A DNA stretch of 64,000 nt from Octopus vulgaris (taxonomy: Eukaryota): assembly GCA_951406725.2 (NCBI GenBank), contig OX597835.1, positions 41,416,001 to 41,480,000 of the forward strand, written 5' to 3'. Both the position numbers and the translations under genes were made by a program. Below, piece by piece: positions 1 through 13,424 of this stretch. Below the pieces are notes generated by a model, which was not told the DNA's origin, did not search any database, and was given only the letters and a program-made list of their open reading frames with translations. Each line of letters opens with the position of its first letter. The first letter of the stretch is position 1.

Positions 1-1610
1 AAGAATGTATTAAGAGATATAAAATTAGAAGCTATAAAATTGTGTGATTTTGATCTTGACAACAGAACTGAGCCTTTTGAGCCTAGAAGGCCCAGAATTG
101 CTTTGAAAGATCATAAAGAAAATGTCTTCTCCAACCCTAAAATTACATTAATTTGCCAAGGAAGTTCTGACCTGGGTAAATTAAGTAAAATTATTCTAGA
201 CAAGTATATTCCCAAACTTAAGGAAACATTAAAATTAGATCTCTGGTCCAATATCCAGGAAGTCATTGATTGGTTTGATAAATTAGATAATAAAAGTAGA
301 AGTAAATTAATTCAATTAGACATTAATAATTATTATTCTTCAATTAATCCCATTGTACTAAATAGTGCACTTATTTTTGCTAGAAAAATTATAACCTAAG
401 TTTAAGAGAAATTAAAGTTATTTTGGAAGCTAATAAGTCTATCATTCTATTCAATATCAAGTACTGGACCAGAAAAAATACTACTGATTATTTTCACATA
501 ACTATGAGCTCAGCCGATTCTGCCCAAGTTACAGGCTTAGTAAGTATTTACATGCTATATCATTTCCATAATGAATTCCCAGAAATTAAAGGTGGTCTCT
601 ATAGAGACGATGCACTATTTTTGATCAATAGTATATCTAATAGAAAAATAAACCTATATATGGAAAAGTTCCATAATTTCTTTAAAAGATTTAGTTTATC
701 TATCTCTATAAAAAATGAACAGGATTCAGTTAATTACCTGGATGTAAATCTGAACCTTGTTACTGGCCTATAGAGTCCGTATCATAAACCCAACATTAGT
801 TTAAAATACATCAACTTTCACAGTAACCTAGAGCTATCACAAGAACTCTGGTTAATAACATTTCGAGACGTGTTTCCTATTTATCCTCTAATGAGGAAAT
901 CTTTAATAATAATGCCAAAAACTACAGTATATTGTAATAAGGAATGGGAAATACAACAAATCATATTATAATAATAGAAAACTGATTGACAATGAAATGG
1001 GTGAATATAATAGTAGAAAAGTATCCAGTTTATTAGTAAACAGTAATAATATGATTAACAATAGTTTTGATATTAATAAGAACAAAAGTAGTAAATATAC
1101 TCTAAATAAAAATAAATATTTAAATAAACTTAGGTCTAATGATAATAAATATATGCCATATACCAACCCAAATACATCCAATGATGTTAAGTAAATGAAG
1201 ATAATTATATTTGGCTTATCATTCCTTATGCACAACAAATAGAAACGAATCTGGTCAAGCTATTTTACAGGTCTATATCTAAGTACTATTAGAGAACATA
1301 AATATTATAAAATAATTAATAATAAAAGGATTAGAATGGGTTTTTCAGTATCTAAAAATTTGTTTAGAATTATCTCCTCCTTTAATAATAAAAGTTTGGA
1401 CAATTTTTATAATAAAAGAAAAAAGTAATAATAATATTACTCATAATGATCTAGCTAGGAATTGTGATTGTAGATATAAGGATAAATGTTGATCTAATAA
1501 TTTTTGTTTACAGAACAATATTGTATATAGATATAGGGTGGATTCGGAATGAAGAAATTATTTTTACATAGGATCTACAGAAAACTTTATTAAAAAACGA
1601 ATGTATAATA
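1..1610 (+). mobile_element. Decayed Penelope-like retroelement (RT + GIY-YIG endonuclease), frameshifted
   Basis: ORFs 40-399 and 423-773 carry RT motifs IQLDINNYYSSI, GGLYRDDAL and VNYLDVNLNL. About 1460-1610 reads NCDCRYKDKC*..FCLQNNIVYRYRV..YFYIGSTENFIKKRMYN, a Cys-rich linker plus GIY-YIG motif, with stops. Confidence 0.85.
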
Positions 1611-1928
1611 GTTTTCCCTTTGATTCCACACACAGACATACAATTCCATATGATGTCATGTGAGTATATTTATGTTTCATATTTTATATTGTATCTACAT
1701 ATTTATATTTATGTATATTTTTATGATGTATTCTGATGTTGAGAAATCTACTGATGAAATGAATTCTGACTCCTGAAATTTGTTCTCTTTTTATTAATCT
1801 TTATATTTCATGTTGCTCAGTTAATTAGAGTGCTAAGTTGTTGTTCTGTACAGGGAGTTATTTTCCCTTCGATCTGATCATATATATATATATATATAAA
1901 TATATATACATATATATATATATATATA

Positions 1929-2310
1929 CTAGCAGTATCGCCCGGGTTTGTAAGGGAAATAACTATATAAGCATTTTTAGAGATGTAAAGTATAATAGCC
2001 ATCTTAATATGGCTAACCACAAAGGGGGGTATTACTGTAGCTTTTTACGTTCTGAGATTCAATAATAAATTTTTAGAGAGTTACTTCCCTTATATATGCC
2101 AAAAATGCATTAAAAATGGGAAAAATTGATGGTAAATTTCTTTTTAAATCGTAGACTCATCGTAGACCCGCGCTAATACCCAGAAGGGCTCGATATGAAT
2201 CACGACTATAAGATTCCCGGTTTTGGTTAAACTGCACCGCAAAATGTGGGAGTAGTTAGGAATCTAAATCGTAGGCGACAGACAGCACACAACCTCTCTT
2301 TTATATATAA

Positions 2311-2313
<3 letters not shown>
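1929..2313 (-). mobile_element. Non-autonomous Helitron
   Basis: On the minus strand it starts TCTTTATATATAAAAG and ends CCCGGGCGATACTGCTAG|T, inserted in (TA)n. Its 5' ~230 bp are homologous to 24351-24560. Confidence 0.75.
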
Positions 2314-2345
<32 letters not shown>

Positions 2346-3414
2346 CTACAAAGTAAGATAGGGATTAAAGGTGTAACCCACTATGGGATAGCATTTAGCC
2401 AATATACTGTTGGTAATTTGTAGTCTTATCTTATATCTTATATGTATTGAATTATAAGATATATATGTATGATATTAAGGTTCTCATTTTGATAAATGAA
2501 TAAATAATCCAACATTATAATATCTGAAAGTTGATGAACAAACAAAATTTGTTTCTCCATTTTCTTATTTGTATATATATATATATAATACTAGCATACC
2601 CATGTCATAAGAAAGAAAAGGCTGCATACATTTGATTGTGTATGCAAGAGTGTGTGTGTGTGTGTGTGTGTGTGTGCATGCGTGTTTGTTTGTGTTTTAT
2701 TAGAAAGATAATTGAAACCAGTGTTGTCAACAACTTGTTTTGAAGATATTTTGAAATGTGATATCCACCTCTTGGAAAAATGAAATAAGTTTTAATACCA
2801 CAAATGGCAAGCATAGAAAGCACAGATAAACACTAAAGAAAGAAACAAGTGAAAGTTTTAAGATACACCTCGCAGATGCTCTGGGTTGCATCATCGCTTC
2901 TTCGCTAATGTTTCTAGGGTCCCGGGGGGGGGGGATTTCGAATCGTTCAAAATCAGAACCCCTTGCCCGGTTGACACAACTTGCAGTCCAATGACAGCAG
3001 ACCACTGGTCTTCCTTGTTTCCCTAAAGCCATTTAGTAGCCTTCTCTGCAGCTTTAGTGATGGAATTTGTGGCCCCACCCCTTTTGCTGTGCCAATAACT
3101 CTTAGCCTAGTCAGTGACTTGCAGAATGAACACACCCAATATTTTGAAAAGAAAAGAGTTTTTGATATTTAATCTCATGTATGTGTATGTGTACATCTGA
3201 AATTGATAACTTCTCATTAATTAATGATGAAATTTGCATTGTCATTTTGAATGAAATATCAGTGCAGCCGCTGCACAGCGAATCCTCGCTCTAAAGTTCA
3301 TATGCACTTAGCATCTCTTACAGTCACTACTACCCCTTTTGTTTTCTTACTTTCCCGTCTATCTGTGTGAAGCACACAGAATTTTATTATGTGAGATATG
3401 TAGAAATATATGTC

Positions 3415-3825
3415 ACCACACACACACACATACACACGCATGAAGAAACATACACCACACACATGCATGCATGTGCACACACACATGAAGAAATATACAC
3501 CACACACATGTGCAAACACACACACACAAAGAAACATACACCACACACGAAGAAATATACACCATACACATGCACGTGCACACACACACACACACACATG
3601 AAGAAACATACACCACACACATGCTCACGTGCACACACACACACACACAAAGAAATATACACCACACACACACACGAAGAAATACACACCACACACATGC
3701 ACATGCACACACACACACACACATGAAGAAACATACACACACACACATGAAGAAATATACACCACACACATGCACGTGCACACACACACACACATGAAGA
3801 AATATACACCACACACACACGCGTG
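3415..3825. repeat. CA-rich minisatellite (unit about CATGAAGAAATATACACCACACACATGCACGTGCACACACA)
   Basis: Roughly ten degenerate copies of GAAGAAA(T/C)ATACACCACACACA are visible. Confidence 0.85.
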
Positions 3826-5029
3826 CAGAAAGATACATAAGTACATATATATTACACATATATATTACAATAGTTTACAATTGCTCGTGTTCAGTCCAAC
3901 GCACGACAAACATCTCAACATGTCCTCTCCACCAGAGAATGCCTTGAGATTGTTTATTCAAACCCAGAAGTGAAGTCGATTACAATAAACTGGTGAAAAT
4001 AATCATCCATGTATCTCTGTATTTCAATTTAAAATAGAAAGTTTATCAAATCAAGATTTGATCCCCGAGCAAAGCTGATGACTTTGGTTTCATGAAAATT
4101 CAGATGAAGAAACCTAACAGGATTAATGACAGCAAAATCTAATAAACATCCTCTTTAGAGATAATTAGCAGTCATAAAATATCTATTGAATGTGACCTTG
4201 AATTTAAGAGTTTCTAATTCAAGAAGTCAGGAGCTACTGTAACCTATTTAGATAAAAAAAAAAGAAAGAAAGAAGAGAGAAAGCAAACAACTAGATAATG
4301 TTATCAAATGTTGTAAGCTGACGAAATATTTTAAATGATTATGTTGACAAATGAAAACAGCAACCCACAGGGATAAAAGGTGAAGCTGACCTCACTAGGA
4401 TTTGATCTTAGAATGTATAGAGCCAAAAGAAATACTGCAATAAAGATTCTGCAAGATGCAGTACCAGGCAGTGACTCTCATGGCTTCTGATCTTAAATGA
4501 CTAGAAGTGTTATCATGTACATATTTTGACTTGGTATAAAAGATGGGCAACAGCAAATATTTTGCTCAATACTGCAGATTTGCTTGTCAGTTGTTTGACC
4601 TTAACCAGTTGAACATGTCCCTCAGTGGCTGATGATAAGTGCATCTCTAATCATGAGCAGGAAAAGTGGGAGAACATCATAGCCGTGTGTTGAAAGGAAT
4701 TCTTTAGGATTTGAATAATTCACCTCTGGAAACATGGGTGTTTCGTTCATCATCCTCAAATAAACCTTATTCAGGGACCTTTTGGAGCGGGATGGGCTAC
4801 TCAACCTGAAGAAAATTCTAACTAGGCCCCACCTGCAAGGTCATGTGCTGTTTATCTTGATATGAGATCACCATGTCACGCACATATGGTTGTGAATCAT
4901 GCACATGGTGTACCCTTATCAGATGGGTGGTCATGATGGGTATATTAGGCTTCATATATTTGTATCTCAGTGTCACTTTGATGTCATTCATCACTCTCTC
5001 ATTCAATAACAACAACAACAACAACAACG

Positions 5030-5241
5030 GTTTCAAATTTTGACACAAGTTCAGTAATTTTAGGGGAGGTGATAAGTTGATTGCACTGACCCCAGTGTTT
5101 AACTGGTACTTATTTTATAGACTACAAAAGGATGAAAGGCAAAATCAACCTTGGCGGAATTTGAACTCAGAACGTAAAGATGGACGATATGCCACTAAGC
5201 ATTTTACCAGGCATGCTAACAATTATGTCAACTCACCACCT
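5030..5241 (-). mobile_element. tRNA-derived SINE with Nin/Deu-like core (family B)
   Basis: AAAGGATGAAAGGCAAA..CGGAATTTGAACTCAGAAC motif, also present at 34950-35162, 40448-40795, 53660-54050 and 55690-56050. Confidence 0.75.
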
Positions 5242-5271
5242 TAATAATAATAATAATAATAATAATGATAA

Positions 5272-5460
5272 TCAAAAGAGCACAAGTGTAGACATGACAA
5301 GGTAACCCAAAACCTCCATAAGTATGGATATGAGATTACAGGTGTTTAGTACCAACATACACCGGAAAAGGTAATGGTTGAAAAGGGGAAGGCAAAATTC
5401 CTCTGGGACTTTGACTTCCAGTCAGACAAGGTGTTAGAGTACCAAAGGCCAGATATATGT
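5272..5460 (+). mobile_element. R4/Dong-like non-LTR fragment (CCHC end + restriction-like endonuclease)
   Basis: Translates to HKCRHDKVTQNLH...HTPEKVMVEKGKAKFLWDFDFQSDKVLEYQRPDI, matching the RHD / LWD / RPDI RLE motifs. Confidence 0.7.
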
Positions 5461-5749
5461 TGCGTGTGCAGAAAAAGCTCACTTGAAAAAGAAATGGCTT
5501 TTATAAGTGTCACGGTCAATGAAAATATTGTTTGAGACATTAACGATTGAGGATATTATATACTAGAAAAAAACGGAAGCAGCCGAAATTCAAGACTAGA
5601 AACTAAGATTATTCGCATTTCTATGGTGAGTTTGATCAACAATGTATTGTTTCTTTATCTCTATCGACTTACTGAGACAAATACATATGAACTGTTAAAC
5701 AAGTCTTATTCAAATTATTGATGAGTTGATCCTTACTTTTTAGTAAATG

Positions 5750-5960
5750 GATACTCTTTTACTTGTTTCGGTCATTTGACTGTGGCCATGCTGGAGCACC
5801 GCCTTTAGCCGAGCAAATCGACCCCAGGACTTATTCTTTGTACGCTTAGTACTTATTCTATCGGTCTCTTTGGCCGAACCACTAAGTTACGGGAACGTAA
5901 ACACACCAGCATCGGTTGTCAAGCGATGTTGGGGGGACAAACATACACAAACATACACAA

Positions 5961-6047
<87 letters not shown>

Positions 6048-6205
6048 CATACACAACGGGCTTCTTTCAGTTTTCGTCTACCAAATCCACTCACAAGGCT
6101 TTGGTCGGCCCGAGGCTATAGTAAAAGACACCTGCCCAAGGTGCCAAGCAGTGGGACTGAACCCAGAACCATGTGGTTCATAAGCAAACTACTTACCACA
6201 CAGCC
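5750..6205 (-). mobile_element. tRNA-derived SINE family A (internal CA/TA microsatellite, AAAAGAGT tail)
   Basis: Near full-length copy of the dominant repeat (GGAGTGGCTGTGTGGTAAG..GGTTCAGTCCC..TTGGGCAAGTG..GACTGAAACAAGTAAAAGAGT). Confidence 0.85.
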
Positions 6206-7539
6206 AATATTGAACGAACAAAATTCAAAACCAATTGAAAAAAACTTAGTGTCTATATATATTCATATAAATATATGCACGTAAATAAACATGTAGAAAT
6301 ATGTATTATACACATGCATGACATGTTAGAGAGATTTTCTTTGTTTTTTAATTGGAAAAAAAGTTGGGGGGGGGGGGGCAAAAGATGGTTTGTCCCCCAT
6401 TCCTGGAAAAGTGGTGTGGGACTTGTCCCCTGGTACCCTCCCTGAAATAAGGCCCCTGGCTGGATCTATCCTACACATGATAATGTGTTTGACAATAATG
6501 ATGATGATAATGTTGATGATGATGGTGGTGATGCTGATAATGATAATGGTGATATTGATGATGGTGATGGTGGTGGTGGTGGTGGTGATATATAAATGCA
6601 TTCACTGGCTGTCAGAGGTTGCTAATGATGCCCTTCATGCTTGTTCTGAATGTTTTTCCTTTTTGTTTTCTCTATCCTAGGTTAATAATTGTGTATCTAA
6701 TGTAATCTGTTTGTTGGTTTGTTTGTTTGTTTACTTTTCTCTTTGTTTCTTTTTTTTATGTATATATTTTATTTTTCTCAGACACAAAGACAACAGACGT
6801 TTCTTCAACGAAGGACTTGGTACTCAGACCTGCACAGTTTTTCAGGTTTCATTCAACCACATTTCAAGTGTCGTTTGTCTTAAAGTAGTTGATCTGTTTC
6901 TTTATCTCAATAGTTTGGCGAACACTAAAGGTTATGTCTTTTAAAACCTATGATAACTGACAAACTATCCACAGGGGGGCACATGTAGTGGTGGTTGTGG
7001 TGGTGGTGGTGGTGGTGGTGAGGGTAGCAGTAGTAGTAGCAGCAGCAGAAATCCATATCTATACCTTGGCTTCAATCCTTGGTTAAGATATTTCACTTCA
7101 CTCACACATCATACATGCAAACCATTAACCCAACAAGGAATGCCCATCGTTTACTCTTTTACTTGTTTCAGTCATTTGACTGCGGCCGTGCTGGAGCACC
7201 GCCTTTAGTCGAGCAAATCAACCCCAGGATTTATTCTTTGTAAGCCCAGTACTTATTCTATCTGTCTTTTTGCCGAACTGCTAAGGGAAGGGGGTGATGA
7301 AAAGAGTTGGGTGGGGTGGTTCTGAACAAGGGTTATATATTTGGGTACTCTATTTTCAATGCTGAGTACTCTGTTCTTTTATGTACACTGAAGTTCTAGG
7401 CATCCACACCGTGAATTTGATGGTATAAAAAATCTCTTCAACATAGAGACTCTCAAATTTCAGCAGCAGATATTCAAGGAAAAAAAAAACAAAATTTTAG
7501 TGTATTAAATCATGAAATATTTAAAGCAAATTCACAAAA

Positions 7540-7708
7540 GGCATAGGAGTGGCTGTGTGGTAAGTAGCTTGCTTACCAACCACATGGTTCCGGGTTCAGT
7601 CCCACTACGCGGCACCTTGGGTAAATGTCTTCTACTATAGCCTCGGGCCAACCAAAGCCTTGTGAGTAGATTTGGCAGACGGAACCTGAAAGAAGCCTGT
7701 CGTATATA

Positions 7709-7753
<45 letters not shown>

Positions 7754-7970
7754 GTATGTATGTGTGTGTGTATATGTTTGTGTCTGTGTTTGTCCCCCCA
7801 ACATCGCTTGACAACTGATGCTGGTGTGTTTATGTCCCTGTAACTTAGCGGTTCGGCAAGAGAGATTGACAGAATAAGTACTAGGCTTACAAAGAATAAG
7901 TCCTGGGCTCGATTAAAAGGTGGTGCTCCAGCATGACCACAGTCAAATGACTGAAACAAGTAAAAGAGTA
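7540..7970 (+). mobile_element. SINE family A, full length
   Basis: A-box/B-box-like head GGCATAGGAGTGGCTGTGTGGTAAG..GGGTTCAGTCCC and the family tail. Confidence 0.85.
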
Positions 7971-9843
7971 AATTCACAATAGTGGAATTTGGGGTGGTTT
8001 TTCTGAAACACTTTCTGGGAAAGAAAGTTCATCTTAGACGCCATCAAAAGCAGTTTTCTTTAGAGTTTATTTCTGTTTCACATAAAGTAAAACAGTAAAA
8101 GAATGGAAATGTCCTTCGTTTTTATTGTTGTCATGTGACTGCCCTTCCTGCCATGACTCACTGTCCTACTTTCAGTCACCTACGTAGATGTTTGTTACTA
8201 ATCAAGAGATGCTGGTTAGTTTATCCACCCAAAGATGGAGTAGGACTGTATGGGAAGAAAGAAAAGGAAAGAGAGAAGGAAGGAAAAAATGAAAACAAAA
8301 ATGAGAAAAGAAAATATAGAAATGATAATGTGAAAAAAAAAAGAAAAAGTAAGTAATCAAAACATAAAGAGAGAGAGAGGAAGAGAGAAAATGAAAGACA
8401 AATAGAGACAGAAAGAGAAAGGCAGAAAAAATATGTTTCTTTATTAGCCACCAGGGCTGAACACAGAGGGGACAAATTACAAAGTGGAGCTTTTCTTTTT
8501 GGGGAGGAAAAACAGGGAAGTGGGGGTAGGTTTTCAATCAAAAGGGATCGTAAAAAAAAAGAAAGAAAAAAAGAAAAAAAAAACGATCAATAGGGATCGT
8601 GTATCACATAAATGTCATTATGTAAAGTGTAAAGGGGGAAACAGATAAGATTTATCCGTGGAAAGAAAAGCCTACGGAAAAAAGACCACGGTAACCTCGG
8701 TCACATATTAACACATTTATTTGCAAGTAAGTAACTCTCTGTTTTAACCCAAAAGGCAAATAGTAGGGTATTAGTTTGATGATCTATTGCCAAGTGCCAA
8801 ACGTAATTCATAAGGCCTGATAGAAAAGCTGACCCAGCAATTATAATTACAAAAACAATTCAGAAATGTGGTCATCATTTGTAATTAACTAATTTATTAC
8901 TAATAGGTCTATTTTTCTTTCTTTTTTTTCTTTCAATTAAGTCATTAGCCCTTTAGCATTTAAACCAACCAAACATGACCCAAATATTCAAACTGGTCAG
9001 GTCTGGCCTATCACTCCTACACTACACGAAAGCTGATCCCAAGACACTACGCTTTATGAAGGAGATGACTAAGGACCAAGATATCTGGCACATTGCTGTA
9101 CTCAAAATAACCTAACCACCACAGCAAAACTGCTACCACGTAAAAAACACCAAGTACACCCTGTAGAGTGGCTGGCATTAGAAAGGGCATTCAGCAGTAG
9201 AAACCATGCCAAAACAGAGCTTGATGAAGCCCCTCACCTTACTAGCTATGGTCAAACCATCCAACCCATGCCAGCTGGGAAAATGGATGTTAAATGATGA
9301 TGATGATCATCATCATCATTTAATATCCGTTTTTCTATGCTGGCATGGGTTGGATGGTTTGACTGGAGCTGGCAGGGTAGAAGACTGCATCAGGCTTCAG
9401 TGTCTGTTTTGGCAGGGATTTTACATCTGGATGCCCTTCCTAACACCAACCACCCTACAGATTGGACTGAGTGCTTTTTATGTGGCACCATCACAGGTGA
9501 GGTCAGTTTTGGCATGGTTTTTACAGCTGGATGCCCTTCCAAATGCCAACCACTTTACAGTGTCGACTGGATGCATTTTATGTGGCACCAGCACTGGCAG
9601 AATCACTAAGACAAAGATCCTTAGAAATCTCAAAGCTACAACAGGTGTTGGTTTGCTTATATCCCAGTAACTTAGCAGTTCAGCAAAGGAGACTGAAAGA
9701 ATAACTACCAAACTCTAAAAAAAAAAAACGAAAATCAAGTACTAGGATCAATTTGTTTGACTAAAATCCATTGAAGGCAGTGCTGCAGCATGGCCACAGT
9801 CCAATGAGTGAGACAGGTAAAACATAAAAGATTCCAGACTCAC

Positions 9844-9948
9844 TTTTACTTTGCTCAAGGCAGCCATCATGCTTGCAATATTTTTTCTTTCTTCTTCTAG
9901 TTTCTTTTTGTTCAACTTTAATTTCATAAACCCCTTGTAATCCTCCAC
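9844..9948 (-). CDS. SLIMP: Second coding exon of SLIMP/SARS2-like mitochondrial seryl-tRNA-synthetase-like protein (coiled-coil arm)
   Basis: Pyrimidine-rich acceptor (TTTCAATATCAG), then 105 nt phase-0 exon VEDYKGFMKLKLNKKKLEEERKNIASMMAALSKVK, then donor GTGAGT. In frame with the upstream exon. Confidence 0.7.
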
Positions 9949-10124
9949 CTGATATTGAAAAGAAAAACAAAAAAAAACATGCACCAGAATTAATTAATAC
10001 AGAATAATTTACATATTTTAGACAAGAAATTAAAAGATATAATTAATCGTTTTGATGCCAACCTGCCTGAGACTGTCCTTGCATCTATGATACAAACTGC
10101 CAATTGTAAAGTGATTAAAATTAC

Positions 10125-10842
10125 CCCTTTAGCATTTAAACCAGCTATTTATTTATTTATGCCCCCTTTTCAAGCCTAGCCAGATTCATGGGCCCGGTTT
10201 CCCAGTTTCTGTGGCGTATGTGTTCCCCCCTAGCTGGACGGGACACCAGTCCATCGCAGCATTATTCAAGAAACAGGAAGAAAGAGAGAAAGTTGGGGCA
10301 AAAAGTACAACAGGGGTCGCCACCTACCCCCCTGCCGGAGCCTCATGGAGCTTCAGGTGTTTTCGCTCAATAAACACACACAATGCCTGGTCTGGGAATT
10401 GAAACCGCGATCCTCCAACAGTGAGTCCGCTGCCCTACCACTGGGCCATTGCGCCTCCACAATTAAACCACCTACCGTATTTTAATGTGTATAAGGAACC
10501 CTTTTTTGTCAAAAATTAGGTTAAAAAGATATGGGAGTTTCTTATACATGGATAGCATTATAATCCTTTACAAAACCTTTTTTCCAAATTTTAAGCCCCG
10601 CCCAAATTAGGGGGTTCCTTATACACATTAAAATATGGTGTATCCAACCCAAATAGTCTACCTGTTTTATGTTCAAACTGTCAGAACCTGGCCTCTTATG
10701 CCTACCCTACAATGTTATTCTAAAAATAAACAAGCACATCATCAAAATCTCAAAAGCCACAAGATAATGCCTGATTAATTCAAAACAATGTGAATAAATA
10801 AGCATTACATTGGACAGAGTTAATCTGAATGCTAAAGGATTA
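10125..10842. mobile_element. piggyBac-like MITE interrupted by a SINE (about 10145-10460, minus) and a pogo/Tigger-like MITE (10475-10638)
   Basis: CCCTTTAGCATT...AATGCTAAAGGATTAA ends match the intact copy at 12219-12447. The inner MITE has TIRs CCGTATTTTAATGTGTATAAGGAACCC / GGGTTCCTTATACACATTAAAATATGG. Confidence 0.7.
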
Positions 10843-11720
10843 AAGCCTTCCATCAAAATTTCATTTTAATTTAGATACCCAAAACCAGTTTAATAATGAC
10901 AAAGTTATTTTAGAGATTTTGGCTGCTATTTTTATTATAGCCTCCTCACTGACTCACTTAAAGCCATCATGGGCAATTACACTTCCTATCACATCATAAA
11001 TGGCCTCTGCTCCTCAGAACTGACTGGTCACATAGTAACTACGCCACCCCAACGCCCAATCCCACACTGACCACTGTGCTCTGTCCTTTCTCTGTATTAC
11101 ATCATCCCTCTGGAATCTTTTCTCTGTTCATGTCTTCCTTGCAGGTGCTGACTTGCACAATTTAAACACAACATTAACAGCATCAACCCCACTAGTCATG
11201 CAGGGCCTACAAAGGTCATGGACACTGCTACTTCCTTCAGACTTCTTCATCCTTTTCTTTTTTCATGATTTCCATGCTGTCATGGGTTGAACGTTTTAAC
11301 ACAACCCAACAAATCAGAGGACCACATGTCTTAATCTAGTGTTTCTATTTAGGCACAGTTTCTATGGCTGGATGCCCTTCCTGACACCAACCACTTTATA
11401 GAGTGTGCTGGAGACTTTTTTCAGGGCACCACCACTAGTGAGGTTGCTTTATAATTTGCAAACCTATTGAGCACTTTTACCTGAGAGTGAGAACAGAAGA
11501 TAGTGCAATCACTTTAAGTGAGGTGTTGATGATGAGAGGGGCAAGACAGATTTAGTGTTAGGAGGAAGGAACCAATACATCTTTGGTAAATCCATTGCCA
11601 TGCTTTTAAGCGGCAAAGTAATTACGTTGTTAAATATCATTTCAAGTTTGTATTCATTGAATAAACACATCACATTTTATTAACAATCAATAAATGTCAA
11701 ACATCTAAGCCAAAACTTAC

Positions 11721-12047
11721 CAATTCTTCAATTTCCATTTTCGCAATATTCCGCACTGCTACATTGGTTTTCAGTTCACCTAGGTTTTGCAATTTTTCAG
11801 CCAAATTCAAAGCAACGTTTACGGTAGGAGTACGACTTTCAACAGAGCGATTTACATACAGAGCAGACTCTGAAAGGAACCGAACAGGCTGAAGTCCACA
11901 ATACCAAAATTTTCTGACATCATCACTATGCTGTGGACTGGAACCACCCAACGGCTTGTTCCTTGGTGATAATGCTGTGCAGTGGTGAAGAATTCTTGAC
12001 TTCTGATTCAGTAGAAGTTTTTGAGTTGAAAGTCTGATTGCTGCCAT
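11721..12047 (-). CDS. SLIMP: First coding exon of SLIMP/SARS2-like protein (mitochondrial presequence + N-terminus)
   Basis: 109 codons MAAIRLSTQKLL...SALYVNRSVESRTPTVNVALNLAEKLQNLGELKTNVAVRNIAKMEIEEL ending at donor GTAAGT (11715-11720). Acceptor TTATTTTACAG lies upstream of 12193. The N-terminus is basic with few acidic residues. The 'SALY..L...R' pattern recalls the insect SLIMP N-terminus (from memory). Confidence 0.7.
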
Positions 12048-12218
12048 TTCATAAGAGAAAGTGCTATTGGTATCAAAATAATGAAAGATGACAATATTTG
12101 TTCTCTACTAACTGGGATCACGGTTAGGGATTGTATTCATCCAGGAGGTAAAAACAGATAATCAGCTTGTAATTCCCTTGAGAAGACTTCATACTGTAAA
12201 ATAAGGAAATAAAAGTGT

Positions 12219-12447
12219 TTAACCCTTTAGCATTCAAACTGGCCATATCCGGCCAAATTATTTTACTTGTTTAATGTTCAAATTGACCAGATCAGGCCTC
12301 TCACACTTACCCTACAATGTCATTTTAAAAACAAACAATCACATCATCAAAATCTGAAAACTACAAGATAATTCTTTGATAAATTCAAAATACTGTGAAT
12401 AAATAATCATTGGAATTGACAGAATAATCTGAATGCTAAATAGTTAA
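12219..12447. mobile_element. piggyBac-like MITE (TTAA-flanked)
   Basis: TTAA|CCCTTTAGCATTCA ... TGAATGCTAAATAG|TTAA. Confidence 0.65.
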
Positions 12448-12647
12448 AAAAAAATTTTAATTTTTTTTTTTGTTTTTTTAGGTTTTAAAATTAGTTTCTT
12501 TCTTTCTTGTTACTCTTGGGCTCTCAACCCATCAATAAGTTTCAGGTCTTTCTAACAAATACGGGTACATCACCAATTTTCTGGAACCCTTGGTTCCAGA
12601 CTTATAATGGATTATCCATTTGGACAAATAATAATAATTCATTATAG

Positions 12648-12823
12648 GCGTAGGAGTGGCTGCATGGTAAGTAGCTTGCTTACAAACCACATGGTTCCAG
12701 GTTCAGTCCCACTGCGTGGCGCCTTGGGCAAATGTCTTCTACTATAGCCTCGAGCTGACCAAAGCCGTGTGAGTGGATTTGGTAGATGGAAACTGAAAGA
12801 AGTCTGTCATATATATGTATGTA

Positions 12824-12870
<47 letters not shown>

Positions 12871-13062
12871 ATATGTTTGTTCCCCCAACATCGCTTGACA
12901 ACCAATGCTGGTGTTTACATCCCTGTAACTTAGCGGTTCAGCAAAAGAGACCAATAGAATAAGTACTAGGCTTACAAAAAATAAGGCCTGGGGTCGATTT
13001 GCTCGACTAAAGGCAGTGCTCCAGCATGGCCACAACCACACGACTGAAACAAGTAAAAGAGT
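12648..13062 (+). mobile_element. SINE family A, full length
   Basis: Same head, core and tail as 7540-7970. Confidence 0.85.
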
Positions 13063-13216
13063 AACAGTCTCAGATTAAGAATGCTTTGTTGGGTGCATAA
13101 AATCCAAACTCCCTGCACGTATGATACTTTCAGTCAGAAATATTTTCGTAAAACTGTCGTAGGTAGACTTACTACATTTTGGAAAAGTGCTAAACCATTG
13201 TACTACAAGTCTATAT

Positions 13217-13381
13217 TTAAAAGATGAGGAATTATGTACATTATTTACAATTGACGGATATTTGTCCTCATCTTGTTTGTTGTTAACACAGCGTTTCGGC
13301 TGATATACCCTCCAGCCTTCATCAGGTGTCTGGGGGAAATTTCGAACCCCGAGTTCTCATTCCTAAGGTATTTTTTCGATG

Positions 13382-13424
<43 letters not shown>

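Noticed and set aside
1745-1790. CTGATGA..GAAA just after the Penelope remnant
   Set aside because: The position fits a pLTR hammerhead but the stems do not pair; too decayed to call.
2727-3172. Overlapping ~60-100 aa ORFs as further SLIMP exons
   Set aside because: No SerRS-like motifs or convincing splice sites; downstream exons were not identified in the window.
3298-3973. His/Thr- and Cys/Val-rich ORFs
   Set aside because: Translations of a CA-rich minisatellite, open in all frames.
4070-4110. CTGATGA...GAAA possible hammerhead
   Set aside because: No plausible stem I or stem II pairing.
5870-6284. Recurrent ORFs such as RASFSFRLPNPLTRLWSARGYS / YQIHSQGFGRPEAIV
   Set aside because: Antisense translations of SINE family A, repeated at many loci.
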